Shown: positions 46,856 to 56,643, counted from the stretch's first letter. The stretch: DNA of 64,000 bases from a bacterium (GCA_965219955.1 OZ244799.1:1-64000); one strand, 5' to 3'. Notes: generated from the letters alone by a model not told the origin. Translations and numbers: made by a program.

Positions 46856-48390
46856 CCGTTCGCGCCACCTCGACTGGATATTTCGGCCCAGTTGTTGTGG
46901 AGCGCGACGGCGACCTCATCGAAGCCGGACGGGAAAAGGCCCGAATCATCATCGAGCGGGATTTCTTTGACGACCGACCCCTTGGGGCGGTTCTTGGGCT
47001 GGAACAGCCATGCCCCGACTTCCTCGGGCCGCAGTGCGACGTCCCCGCCTGCAATCCCTTTTCTCTCGGCCTTGGACAGACCGGATAGCCGCACGATGTT
47101 GGCGAGTTCTTCGAGCACCCACTCGCTGTGCGTCGTGATGATCACCCGAACGCCCGCGCGCACGAGCGCGGCAAGTTGCCGGGTGAACTCGACCTGCATC
47201 GCGGGATGCAGATGCGATTCCGGCTCCTCGATGATCAGCACGTTGCCAGGCTGCACCACGTGTCTGAGATACAGCACCACCGGCGCGAGTTCCGAGACCA
47301 TGGAAGAAGCGTTTAGTAAGGGCAGCTCGTCTTTCCATTCCTTCTGACGATAGGTGAAGTGTGGATAACCACTTTCCGATTTTTGGATGTTCACCGTTCC
47401 GCCGAGAATGGCCTTTTCGATCTTGCGGCCGAGGTCGCTCCGATCGTGGTTCAAATCCTGGGGATGCGTGTCGAGATTGATCAACTGTTCGAGAAAATCC
47501 GCCAGAACGCCTGAAAGCATGGGAGTAGGGTAGGGCTGGGGTAGACCCGCCCTAGCTGCTCGTTCGATCAAGGCGCTTACGGTCACGCGCTGAGCGTGCA
47601 TTATGCCCGTGCGGGAGGAAGGGAGATAAAATGCGGGCTGGTGCAGGGGAGAGGCGAAGCAAGTCAACGTGTTGACGGCCAAATCTTTTATTAAATGTAC
47701 GATTCTGGGTTCCAACGTCTCGTGATTTGGTCTGTCTGTCGAGAGCAACTCCTTTGCCCACGCCCTTACCCACTCAAGCTGGCTCCGAAATTCATTGCCT
47801 GTATTCTTGACATCGATCCGTATAGGCATCTTCTTGGGAATCGTCTTCGTGAGAACAGTTTCCCGGGCGTAAATCATCAGTTTGTGCGCAATAGGTTCTA
47901 AATCCTCCGAAACACACTTGCGCAAAACGACCTGTGCGCCTCCTTGACTCCCCTTACGGATCAATGCTTTCGGTTCGCCGGTGCCGAAGCATCTGAAAAT
48001 CCCGTCGGCGAGATTACCGTTCCTTATGTCGGATTTAGAGAAAAAGGAAAAAATCAAATCGGCGACAGGTTCGGGCACAAGAATGCTATCCTCGTCCGGC
48101 GACTCTACGAATGTATGTTTCAACGATTTGATCAGACGGTTCCAATGCTTTTTGGGCAGTTTTTCATCCAGAGCCAAGGGGTGAAAAAAGCTATCGGGAA
48201 AGTAATCAACTCGCGCGCCACCACTAAAAAACCGATGAAGCGCATAGATAAGGATCGCCAGATAAGATTTGCCCGTGTTGCTCGGTCCCACGAACACGGT
48301 GAAGGGGCGCAGGTCGATTTTGGCCTCGGCGATAGGCCCGAAATTCTTCACTTCGAGTTCGAGAGGATTCTGGGCGTTGAGGTCGGTCAT
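46852..48390 (-). CDS. ABC/AAA_15-AAA_21-type ATPase
   Basis: VKNFGPI, GPSNTGKS, ASSMVSEL, IIEEPESHLHP, ITTHS. Confidence 0.88.
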   Translation of the reverse strand: MTDLNAQNPLELEVKNFGPIAEAKIDLRPFTVFVGPSNTGKSYLAILIYALHRFFSGGARVDYFPDSFFHPLALDEKLPKKHWNRLIKSLKHTFVESPDEDSILVPEPVADLIFSFFSKSDIRNGNLADGIFRCFGTGEPKALIRKGSQGGAQVVLRKCVSEDLEPIAHKLMIYARETVLTKTIPKKMPIRIDVKNTGNEFRSQLEWVRAWAKELLSTDRPNHETLEPRIVHLIKDLAVNTLTCFASPLHQPAFYLPSSRTGIMHAQRVTVSALIERAARAGLPQPYPTPMLSGVLADFLEQLINLDTHPQDLNHDRSDLGRKIEKAILGGTVNIQKSESGYPHFTYRQKEWKDELPLLNASSMVSELAPVVLYLRHVVQPGNVLIIEEPESHLHPAMQVEFTRQLAALVRAGVRVIITTHSEWVLEELANIVRLSGLSKAERKGIAGGDVALRPEEVGAWLFQPKNRPKGSVVKEIPLDDDSGLFPSGFDEVAVALHNNWAEISSRGGANG

Positions 48391-48502
48391 ATCCTCAATT
48401 CTCCAACCCGGCAAATGAATACTGCTTTTAACGCGGCGTCCACAGCCTACGATACCCGTATCCTGGATTCAACACGAGACATTATTCGTGTATGGCCGCA
48501 AT

Positions 48503-48787
48503 CTACGCCACAACCCGCTCGACCTCGATCTCATCCACTCGCTTCATCGCCTGGGCGAAATCGTAGTCCGTCTGGAGGCGGTACCATACATCCGCCCCTC
48601 CGCCGAAGGCCTTGTCCAGGCGAATCGCCATCTCGGGCGAGATGCCCGAACGGCAGTTGACGAGGCTCGAGAGCTGCTTGCGGCTCACGCCGAGTCTCCG
48701 CGCGGCTTCCGTTACGCTTAAAGATAGCGGCTCCAGGCAGTCATGACGAACGGAAAGGCCCGGATGGGGAGGGCTCTTCATGGGCAT
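48503..48787 (-). CDS. higA: HigA-family antitoxin
   Basis: PPHPG..V....[28 protein letters not shown]...W..LQ..YD. Confidence 0.92.
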   Translation of the reverse strand: MPMKSPPHPGLSVRHDCLEPLSLSVTEAARRLGVSRKQLSSLVNCRSGISPEMAIRLDKAFGGGADVWYRLQTDYDFAQAMKRVDEIEVERVVA

Positions 48788-48800
48788 ATTCGGTCCTCCT

Positions 48801-49079
48801 TTAGTGATAATCGATTAAATCCACATCAGTGACGTGTTCGCCCTCGTAGCGAAACACGATTCTCCAATTTCGGGAGACATTCACCGCCCAGAATCCGGAA
48901 AGTTCTCCTCTCAACGGGTGCAACCGGTAGCCCGGCAAGCTCATGTGCGTGGGTATCGTAGCTCGGTCAAGACGAGCGAGAATCCGCTCGATCTTGTTGA
49001 TATGTTCTGACGGTACCCGTCGCCGATTTCCCCTCTCGTATAGAAGCTGAAGCCCTTTGTGTCGAAAGTGGATAATCAT
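48801..49079 (-). CDS. higB: HigB (RelE/ParE family) toxin
   Basis: [15 protein letters not shown]...G.W.V.VS.NWRIVF.....DVDL.DYH; toxin-first order. Confidence 0.92.
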   Translation of the reverse strand: MIIHFRHKGLQLLYERGNRRRVPSEHINKIERILARLDRATIPTHMSLPGYRLHPLRGELSGFWAVNVSRNWRIVFRYEGEHVTDVDLIDYH

Positions 49080-49182
49080 GCACGGAATGTAACCTATAAC
49101 CACTCAGGTGTCAATTTCATTTTGATTTAATGAGGATTTTCTTTTCGCCAACGCAATGGACTGGAATTTTGGGGCGTTTTCT

Positions 49183-49845
49183 CTACGGCCCCAGTCTCTT
49201 GACACGCCAACCGCCGTCTTCTTCCCGCGTGTAGCGCACGCGGTCGTGGAGGCGGCTGTCGCGGTGCTGCCAGAACTCGACCGAGTGGGGTTTCAGGACG
49301 TAGCCGCCCCAATGCGGGGGGCGCGGAACCTCTTGCCCCAAGTATTCTTTTTCCAGGGCGAGCTCTTGCTCTTCGAGCCAGGCGCGGGAGGGGACGATGC
49401 GGCTTTGGGGCGAGGCCCACGCGCCGATTTGGCTCGCGCGCGGGCGGGTGGCGAAATAGGCGTCGGAAATCCCGGCGGGCAGCTTTTCCACGACGCCCTC
49501 CGCGCGCACCTGCCGGGCGGGGGGCTTCCAGTGGAAGACGAGGGCGGCCCTCGCGTCGCGCGCAAGCTGCTCGGCCTTGTCGCTCTCATAGTTCGTGAAG
49601 AAGGGAAAGTCCGCCTCCGCGTAGCCTAAGTCTGCGAGGTCCTTGTACAGCACGATGCGGGCGGCGGGCGCGCCGTCCGGCCCCACCGTGGCGAGCGTCA
49701 TCGCGTCCTCGCGCGGGATCCTCGCGCTTTTAGCCTGCGCGTACCAGCGGCGGAATTGCTCGATGGGATCGGAATCGACGCTCGCGACGTCGAGGGCTTC
49801 CGCCGCCATCTGTTCGATAAGTTCGTTGTTCAACTCGTTCATCAT
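49183..49845 (-). CDS. pdxH: Pyridoxamine 5'-phosphate oxidase
   Basis: DPIEQF..W, AMTLAT, RIVL.K, FFTNYES.K, RQVR.EG, YF.TRPR.SQIGAWAS.QS, PPHWGGY, EFWQ....RLHDR. Confidence 0.95.
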   Translation of the reverse strand: MMNELNNELIEQMAAEALDVASVDSDPIEQFRRWYAQAKSARIPREDAMTLATVGPDGAPAARIVLYKDLADLGYAEADFPFFTNYESDKAEQLARDARAALVFHWKPPARQVRAEGVVEKLPAGISDAYFATRPRASQIGAWASPQSRIVPSRAWLEEQELALEKEYLGQEVPRPPHWGGYVLKPHSVEFWQHRDSRLHDRVRYTREEDGGWRVKRLGP

Positions 49846-49871
49846 TCATTGCTCAGTCAGGCGGCGGATTC

Positions 49872-50053
49872 GGGGGTGTTGAAAAAAGCCCTGATTCAGC
49901 GGTTCGGTTCGAAGGATGTGAATGTGTGTAGGGGTCGCATATATGCGACCCGCCCAATATCCGACCAAAAGGGCCGCATGTATGCGGCCCCTACAAAAAT
50001 CGTCCTCTCGCCGGTCGCGTCAAATTCTCCTTTTGGGACTTTATCAACAGCCC
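49872..50053. mobile_element. IS1182-end MITE carrying a GTAG-REP doublet
   Basis: gggggtgttgaaaaaag...ctttatcaacagccc; internal gtaggggtcgcatatatgcgaccc...gggccgcatgtatgcggcccctac. Confidence 0.7.
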
Positions 50054-50547
50054 TACTTCTTCCCCGCTACGCCGACCTGCACGATGCGGGCCTTGTCCAC
50101 GCCCGCGACGCCCACGTACTTGAAGGACTTGCCGTCGAACTCGCGCGGCTGAAAGCCCTGGACGACGACCTTCTTGGCTCCGCTCAGGAGTGCGGCGAAG
50201 GGTGCCGCCTGCGACTTGGCGTTCACGTCGGTGGGGAACTTGAAGCTCGTCCCCGGAACGTTGGTGAACTCGATGTTGCCCTTTTCGTCGCTGACCCAGA
50301 ATTCCGATATCGCCGATTCTTTCGCCACCTTCGTGAGGACGGCGCTGATCTCGGCTTTGCTCATGCCCGCCTTGAGGGCCGCGGCGATGAAGTGCGCCGT
50401 CAGGGTCGCTTCCGCCACCATGTGCTTCGAGACGGCGTCGTCCATCGCGCGGGCTTTCTCGACCCCGACGCCCAGGGTGAGACAAAGGCTCAAGATCGCA
50501 GCGGCCAGAATGGTTTTTCTCATCTTCATCTCCTCGTGGTTACGCAA
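50053..50547 (-). CDS. Small exported protein, possible stand-alone Cache-like sensor domain
   Basis: Signal peptide; ISEFWVSDEKG.I..TN, PREFDGK.FKYVGV...D..RIVQVG. Confidence 0.55.
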   Translation of the reverse strand: MRNHEEMKMRKTILAAAILSLCLTLGVGVEKARAMDDAVSKHMVAEATLTAHFIAAALKAGMSKAEISAVLTKVAKESAISEFWVSDEKGNIEFTNVPGTSFKFPTDVNAKSQAAPFAALLSGAKKVVVQGFQPREFDGKSFKYVGVAGVDKARIVQVGVAGKK

Positions 50548-50838
50548 AGCGGGGGATGTTTTTCCTTCAAATTCCGCGAGATGATACTAGGGCGCGAAAC
50601 CACCGCGCAAGGGGGTGGTTCGCGGGGTGGTTGAAAAAGTCCACAGAAGGAGCATGCAAAATTTCACTCCCCCCTTGAGGGGGTCGGGCTTCCCGAGGGG
50701 AAAGCCCGACAGAAGCCGAGCGTTTTTTGCGAAGGCTGATGCGGTGGGGGGTAAAACGCGTTTTATCGCCATTCCGAATTAACCCCCCACCGAATCGCTT
50801 TCGGGCTTACGCCCTCAGCTCTGCGACTCCCCCTCAAG

Positions 50839-52355
50839 GGGCTGTTGAAAAACCCCGTTTTGAAGCGGGCGGTATGGCGTCTCACGCGGCTTGGGAGATC
50901 AAGCCCAATCGGCGCGTGAGGCCGCGGGGAACGCGCATTCGGCGACTCGAGGCGGCGCAGGCCCGCCACAGGGCGAATATTCGCGCAGCAACAGCGGCGG
51001 CGAGCCGCTTGAGGTTCACCGCAGTCGCCGTCAGGTAGGCCTGGATCTTCATGTTCTCCATACCCCGGCGCACCGCCCGCGCCAGTCCGTGCCAACTCTT
51101 CGCCTCCCCGTGGTAGCCCTCCGAGCGCCCCATGTGGCGGCGCCACAGCCGACCCTCCTCCTCCCCCCGGCGCGCGTGGCGACGGCGCCCGCGCAACAGC
51201 GCCGGATACTCGTGCGGAATCAGCACCGTCCTGCTCGTGCGGGACTTCGACAGACAATCGGCCCTAAGCGCGCAGCCCGCGCAATCGCGCGTCCTCGAAC
51301 CATAGTAGCGCCCCCGCTCCGTCTCCTTCCGGGGACGCAGCGTCTTGCCCCCCGGACACTTCACCACCTTGTGACGCTCGTCGTAGCGGAACAACTGCAG
51401 CGGCACCCGGCTCTGGGAAGGCTCCTTCTTCGCCGGTATCACCGCGGCGACCCCCCGACGCTCCAATGCGCCGTACACCTTCGAGTACGCATAGCCACTA
51501 TCCGCCGTCACCACCGCGGGCGCGCGCCCCGTCAGTTCGCGAACCGCATCCAACTGCGGCTCCATCATCTCCCGCTCGTTCAAAGTCCCCGCCGTCACCT
51601 CTACGTCGAGAACCACCCCCCGCTCATCGTCCACCACCGCGTGGTGCTTGTAGCTCGGCTCGAAACCCGCCCGAGCGCTCTTGCGCGCAAGACGCGCGTC
51701 GGGGTCCGTTCGGCTCACAGGCCCCGAACCCCCGCCGCCGCCCTTCTTCCCCGTCTCATCCTCCGAATCGTTCTCCCGCACCACCTTCTCCGCGTGGCGC
51801 TCCGCCAGACTCTCCCAGCTCACGTCCGCCCGGATCAACGAAGCGTCCATGTGAACCACCTCTCCCGTCGCCACCTTCGCCTCCACGCAAGCCTGAACCG
51901 TGCGGCGCAATATCTCCTTGAACCGCTCCTCCCCCCAGCGCTGACGGATACGCGTCAGGCTCGAATGGTCCGGCAACTCCTCGTCCAGCCTGTACCCGAT
52001 GAACCACCGGATCGCCAGGTGCGCCTGCGCCTCGCGCAACAGGCGCCGGTCGTGCGCGTAGCCCAGCAGCAGGCCCGCCAGCATCAACCGAACCACCACC
52101 TCGGGGTCCAGGCCCGGACGACCGTTGTCCGCGCAATAGCACGCCGCCACCTCCTCGCGAAGCCAGCTCAAATCCAGCACGCGGTTCACCTGGCGCAATA
52201 CGTGATCTTCGGGAATCAGATTCTCCATAGAGCCGGCCACGAACAAGTCCATCTGCTCGCGCCTCTTGCGATCCAACATCGAGGATACTCCCATCTCGGG
52301 CGAGTCGGGATAACTCCATACGATCACAAAACCAGGGCTTTTTCAACAGGCCCGA
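50839..52355 (-). mobile_element. IS1182-family insertion sequence
   Basis: IRs gggctgttgaaaaaccccgttttg and caaaaccagggctttttcaacaggccc; apparent caag duplication within the palindrome actccccct-caag-gggggagt; ends uncertain by 1-2 nt. Confidence 0.85.
50882..52279 (-). CDS. IS1182-family DDE transposase
   Basis: LIPEDH.LR, GRP..DP, PDHSSL.R.R.R, MDAS, TDPDA, ADSGY, CPGG..L, C..C.LR..C, SEG.HGE.K..HGL.RA..RG. Confidence 0.92.
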   Translation of the reverse strand: MLDRKRREQMDLFVAGSMENLIPEDHVLRQVNRVLDLSWLREEVAACYCADNGRPGLDPEVVVRLMLAGLLLGYAHDRRLLREAQAHLAIRWFIGYRLDEELPDHSSLTRIRQRWGEERFKEILRRTVQACVEAKVATGEVVHMDASLIRADVSWESLAERHAEKVVRENDSEDETGKKGGGGGSGPVSRTDPDARLARKSARAGFEPSYKHHAVVDDERGVVLDVEVTAGTLNEREMMEPQLDAVRELTGRAPAVVTADSGYAYSKVYGALERRGVAAVIPAKKEPSQSRVPLQLFRYDERHKVVKCPGGKTLRPRKETERGRYYGSRTRDCAGCALRADCLSKSRTSRTVLIPHEYPALLRGRRRHARRGEEEGRLWRRHMGRSEGYHGEAKSWHGLARAVRRGMENMKIQAYLTATAVNLKRLAAAVAARIFALWRACAASSRRMRVPRGLTRRLGLISQAA

Positions 52356-52453
52356 CAAGGGGGGAGTTGATTTGAAATTCTCTTTGGTGGAGAGAGAACG
52401 CCGCAGGTGAAGTACAATAGTTTTTCAACACCCCCTTCTCCGCCGCTCCGCAC

Positions 52454-53161
52454 TCAGGAATCCTTTTTGAGCGCCTCGACGTCGTTCTGCGCGGGGTCGC
52501 TGGGGTGGACCCTGTCGGGCTGGATGTAGGGGGCCTGCATCTCGAAGATGTCCTGCGTGCGGCAGTACCGGGGGCCGCCCAGCCTGCCCACGGGCTGGAG
52601 CTTCGCCGGGTCGATGTATATTTTCTCCCCATCGATGAGCAGCATATCCTCGCGCACGTGCCAGCGGAGCACCTCCCCGATGATCAGGTGCGTCACCCAT
52701 TCGTCTCCGAAGGGAATCATGCGCTCGAAGCGGCACTCCATCGCCACCGGGGCGTTTTTGATGCGGGGCGCATCCACGAGGTCCGAAGGGGCCATCTCGA
52801 GACCCGCCGCCTCGAACTCGCTTTCATCTGGGGCGAAGTTGCCCGAGGAGGCGTTCATGGCCTCCTCCCAGCCGTTCACCACCGTGTGGATGACGTAGCC
52901 CTTGGTGTCCAGGATGTTGCGCGCGGTGTCCTTGGGCCTCATCTCGCCCTCGCTGAGGGAGATCCGCTCGCCGACGGAGATCGACGCCATCGGCGGGTGG
53001 TGCGACACCATGGTGAAGAAGCTGAAGGGCGCCAGGTTCGCCACGCCGTCCGCGCTCATCGTGCTCACCCAGGCGATGGGCCGGGGGACGACCGAGCCGA
53101 TGAGCAGGCGGTAGATCTGCTGGGGATTGATCTCAGAGGCGTTGAAGACGCGGTAGTTCAT
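52454..53161 (-). CDS. Flavin reductase family protein (DIM6/NTAB)
   Basis: Y.LLIG.VVPRPIAWVST, NLAPFSFF, KDT.RNI, PVGRLGG..Y. Confidence 0.9.
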   Translation of the reverse strand: MNYRVFNASEINPQQIYRLLIGSVVPRPIAWVSTMSADGVANLAPFSFFTMVSHHPPMASISVGERISLSEGEMRPKDTARNILDTKGYVIHTVVNGWEEAMNASSGNFAPDESEFEAAGLEMAPSDLVDAPRIKNAPVAMECRFERMIPFGDEWVTHLIIGEVLRWHVREDMLLIDGEKIYIDPAKLQPVGRLGGPRYCRTQDIFEMQAPYIQPDRVHPSDPAQNDVEALKKDS

Positions 53162-53203
53162 CGTATGTCCCTCATGTCGTAAGGGGAAAGGGCGCGGCTT
53201 GCG

Positions 53204-54301
53204 CTAGGCGGCCGTTTGCGGTTCGAGCCGCGCGGGGTTCGTGTCCGCGAGGAGCGGCATGACCTCGCGCCCGAAAATCTCGGCTTCCTCCAGATGCGGC
53301 CAGCCCGAGAGAATGAAGTTGCGAACCCCTAAGTCGACGTATTCCCTGAGTGCGGAGGCCAGCATGTCCGGCGTGCCGACCAGCATGGCCGCAGCACCCG
53401 AGCGCACCTTGTTCACGCCCATCCAGAGGGTTTCGGTGAGCCAGGGGGAGCCGCCCTCATACAACTCGTTCATGCGGCGCTGGCCCTCGCTCTCGGAACG
53501 GTTTCGCTGGTCGGCCCACATCCGCGTGTTCTCGAGCGCGCTGTCCTCCAGAAGCGCCTCCGCGGCGCGACGGGCTTCCTTCCTGCTCTCGCGGCACATC
53601 ACGTGGAGCCTCAGGCCGAAGCGCAGATCGTCGCGGCCGATTTCTTCCGCGCGGCGGCGCATGTCCGCGGCGTCCTCGGCAACCTGCTCCGGCGCCACGG
53701 CCCACATCATGTGCACGTCGGCGTGCCTGGCGCCCACGCGGCGGCCGGCTTCCGAGCTTCCGCCCAGGAATATCGTGGGATGGGGCTTCGAGACGGCCCT
53801 GGCGTAGAGTGTGGCGTTCTCGATTTGGTAGTATTCGCCCGAATAGCTCACCGGCTCCTCGCTCGTCCAGAGCGCCTTCACGACGTCCAGGAACTCCTCC
53901 GTCCGCGCGTAGCGCTCCGCGTGGTCCAGGTGATCGCCGTATCGTTTCTGATCCACAGGGGTGGAGCCCGTCACCACGTTCACGGTGAGACGCCCGCCCG
54001 TTACGGCGTCATAGGTGTTCGCCTGCTGGGCGGTGAGCACGGGACTGCTAAGTCCGGGCCTGAAGGCCACGCAGAACCTGATGCGCTCTGTGCGCTGGGC
54101 GACGGCCAGGGTGATCATCCAGGCGTCGAGGCAGTGCGTGCCCGTCGGCACGAGCAGGTTCACGAAGCCCGCCGCTTCCGCCGCGCGCGCGACTTCCGAT
54201 ATATATTCCACCGTCGGGGGACGCTCGGGCGTCCTGGCGTTGATGGTGTGGCCGTCGCCGTATCTTCCCGTCGGCAGAAACCATGCGTATTCGGTGTTCA
54301 T
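53204..54301 (-). CDS. LLM-class flavin-dependent monooxygenase (SsuD-like)
   Basis: WFLPT..DG, ARAAE.AGF..LL.PTG..CLDAW, VAFRPG, GGRL.VNVVTG, RY.RT.EF, GGSS.AG, FILSGWPHLEEA. Confidence 0.9.
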   Translation of the reverse strand: MNTEYAWFLPTGRYGDGHTINARTPERPPTVEYISEVARAAEAAGFVNLLVPTGTHCLDAWMITLAVAQRTERIRFCVAFRPGLSSPVLTAQQANTYDAVTGGRLTVNVVTGSTPVDQKRYGDHLDHAERYARTEEFLDVVKALWTSEEPVSYSGEYYQIENATLYARAVSKPHPTIFLGGSSEAGRRVGARHADVHMMWAVAPEQVAEDAADMRRRAEEIGRDDLRFGLRLHVMCRESRKEARRAAEALLEDSALENTRMWADQRNRSESEGQRRMNELYEGGSPWLTETLWMGVNKVRSGAAAMLVGTPDMLASALREYVDLGVRNFILSGWPHLEEAEIFGREVMPLLADTNPARLEPQTAA

Positions 54302-55074
54302 GCGGTTTTCTGTCCCTGGCGGCGCTTGGGGGCGTTCTTACGCGCGCGGCCCCCGCGCTTGGCCGACTTGATCAAACGAACGATTTCTTTCACCTCCAAC
54401 CACGGCTGTTTCGCATGGATCATACTGTGGCAGTTCGAACACAGCAAAGCCAAATCACTTAAGCGAGTCGTGCTTCCGGGCTTCAAATCGCGCAACGGCT
54501 TGGTGTGGTGGCACTCGATGACGCCCTCGCCTCTTTTTCCATATTTTTCCGCAAAGTCGAACCCACACGCCTCGCAAACCAGCCGACCAGTTTTTTGAAG
54601 GACGCTTTTTTTCTTCTTTTGGACGAGTTTACGGTTTCGCTCGCGGACGATATGAGATTTGGCGAGAAGGTTCCCCTCGATAGCGTCAAGTTTGGGGTCG
54701 TCGCTCATCCACTCCTGTTCTTGAGATCGAGCCGACTTTGTATTTCGATCCGCCTCGATATGTTCTCGTATCGCATTGGCAGTGGCTCTAAGGCGGTCTC
54801 GATCGTTGACAAACTCATCCCACACCTTTTGAATTTTCGGAGTTTTGCCGCCTGAAAGACCTTTACCGGAATACTCAGGATTTAGGTAATTGTAATTCGC
54901 GAACCTTATCCAGACGGCATTAAAAGGTCTGTCCAGAAACTCACATAACTCCTCGACCTCTCGGGAGTTCTGACCTCCTGGTTGCCTGGTGGCAAAATAT
55001 ACATCCAGCGCCAGAATTTCTTCGTCCCTGGTCCAATGCCGCCCCCGCGAATTCTTTTCTCCGATTCGATTCAT
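54298..55074 (-). CDS. HNH endonuclease (McrA-like)
   Basis: WTRDE.ILALD.Y N-terminal domain; RERN..L, CEACGFDF, IECHH, DLALLCSNCHSMIH. Confidence 0.88.
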   Translation of the reverse strand: MNRIGEKNSRGRHWTRDEEILALDVYFATRQPGGQNSREVEELCEFLDRPFNAVWIRFANYNYLNPEYSGKGLSGGKTPKIQKVWDEFVNDRDRLRATANAIREHIEADRNTKSARSQEQEWMSDDPKLDAIEGNLLAKSHIVRERNRKLVQKKKKSVLQKTGRLVCEACGFDFAEKYGKRGEGVIECHHTKPLRDLKPGSTTRLSDLALLCSNCHSMIHAKQPWLEVKEIVRLIKSAKRGGRARKNAPKRRQGQKTA

Positions 55075-55123
55075 TCTTCTTTCACCATTCCAAGCGGTCG
55101 GTGCTCATACGCGATACGAACGG

Positions 55124-55152
55124 AAAAGGGCGGCCCGCCGCATGGGCCGCCC
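55124..55152 (-). terminator. Intrinsic terminator downstream of the selenoprotein gene
   Basis: Minus strand gggcggccc-atgcggc-gggccgccc-tttt. Confidence 0.7.
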
Positions 55153-55204
55153 GTATATCATCGTATCACCCTGCAAGCTCCCCGCCTGGGAGGCGTATCC
55201 TTCG

Positions 55205-55852
55205 CTAGGCGGTAGCCGCCGCAGCCTTCTGCTCGGCCAGCAGCTCATCGAGCAACTCCTCGACGCGCGCGGCCTCCATCCAGTCGGACTTGTAGGCGAT
55301 ATTGCCCTCCTTATCCACGATGAACGTCATGTTCGGCATGCGGCCGAAGGCATGCACGACGCTCTCGTCGAGGTCGTCGATGAGCACGGGCACCTTCATC
55401 CCGAATTCCGCCACCATCTCCTGCGCGTACTGTTTCTTGTGCTCATACGTGGTGTGCTGCGCGTATTTCTTGAAGTGGCTCGTCTCGCCCGCGTGGGGCT
55501 CCTTGGAGTAGACGACGAAGAAGACGACGTCCTCGTCCTTGTATTTTTCCTGCAAATCCTCGACGCCGGCCACCTGCCGGCGGTAGGGGGGTCAGGTGAT
55601 GGCCCCGAACTCGACCACGATGTTCTTCTCCCCCTTGAAATCGGAGAGTTCGAACGCGACGTCGTCGGTGGTCTTCAAGCGGACGTCCGGCATCGGCTCG
55701 CCCGGCTTGAGCGTGTCGCGGAACGCCTCTTTTCGCTGTTTGCGGTAACCCATGAGCATCCGCTTCGCGAACTGAAACTTGTCGATGTAGAATGCGCTCC
55801 AAAGCCCGAACAGCGGCCCCGGCGGCCTGTCGAATTCGTCCGATACTCGCAT
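55205..55852 (-). CDS. Deiodinase-like thioredoxin-fold selenoprotein (UGA at 55592-55594 read as Sec)
   Basis: ORFs 55592-55852 and 55205-55573 share a frame: EFGAIT-UGA-PPYRRQVAG; also LKPGEPMPD and VVYSKEPH; SECIS-like hairpin follows the UGA. Confidence 0.85.
55564..55582 (-). promoter_or_regulatory. Bacterial SECIS-like hairpin
   Basis: CGCCGGC-AGGUG-GCCGGCG; stem starts 9 nt and loop 16 nt after the UGA, with G near the loop 5' end. Confidence 0.7.
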
Positions 55853-56103
55853 AATCGCTCCAGATATGAGGGTGGATAAGACGCCGCTCCATTAAAGACG
55901 AACGGGGCGATATACGCAAGGGGAGGGGGGTCCCGATACCCCCACTCCCCATGGACAAAACTAAAGCCCTGTTTCACCTTCACCTGAGAACAAAAGCGGA
56001 TTGTAAAGTCTGCGCTTGGTCCATCTTCTGGAAAACCCGTTCAATTTCGTGTATATTTCGTTACACGTAGACGGCGTAACTGCTCCCCCCGAAGGAAATC
56101 CGA

Positions 56104-56640
56104 ATGACAATCCGCTTCGAGATGAACGAAGACAAGGCCATCGAGGTTTTGACCTGGCTGGCGAACGAACAGCCGGGGATCGCTGCGTTTCACGTCTCGA
56201 AGGTTCTCTATTATGCGGACAAGGAACACCTGAACCGCTACGGCAGACCTGTAATCGGGGACACGTATGTCCGAATGGAATTTGGCCCCGTGCCTTCGAA
56301 AACATACGATTTGATCAAGAAAGAGAATCTAGGGCAAAGCGTCATCAAGAAATTCAGGGAAGCCGTCGATGTACGCGAGGGATTTCGGCACTTGCATCCC
56401 CTGAGGGCGCCGAACATGGAGATGCTCTCGAGGACGGATGTCGAATGCCTCGCGAATGCGCTCCAAAAATACGGAACCCGCGATTTCGGGGTTCTGAGCA
56501 GGATTTCACATCGTGAGACTGCATGGGCGAACGCGCCGGAAAACGGTCCGATGGACTATGAACACATGATTGAACAAGGCCCGAACCAGGAAGAGATCAT
56601 ACAAAATCTCAAAGAGCATTCGCACCAAATCGCATTTTAG
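56104..56640 (+). CDS. Panacea-domain (DUF4065/SocA-like) antitoxin
   Basis: KVLYYAD..HL..YGRP..GD.Y..M.FGPVPS..YD, LS..D, SH...AW. Confidence 0.88.
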   Translation: MTIRFEMNEDKAIEVLTWLANEQPGIAAFHVSKVLYYADKEHLNRYGRPVIGDTYVRMEFGPVPSKTYDLIKKENLGQSVIKKFREAVDVREGFRHLHPLRAPNMEMLSRTDVECLANALQKYGTRDFGVLSRISHRETAWANAPENGPMDYEHMIEQGPNQEEIIQNLKEHSHQIAF

Positions 56641-56643
56641 GGG

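Larger units (their letters stand above)
50624..52434. mobile_element. Outer MITE (IS1182-type ends) interrupted by the IS1182 insertion
   Basis: ggggtggttgaaaaagt (50624) and gtttttcaacacccc (52434) enclose a ctcccccttgagggg-type repeat and the IS. Confidence 0.6.

Noticed and set aside
55205-55852. Two separate small genes or a nonsense pseudogene
   Set aside because: The stop is UGA exactly at the deiodinase catalytic position and is followed by a SECIS-like hairpin; Sec recoding explains it better
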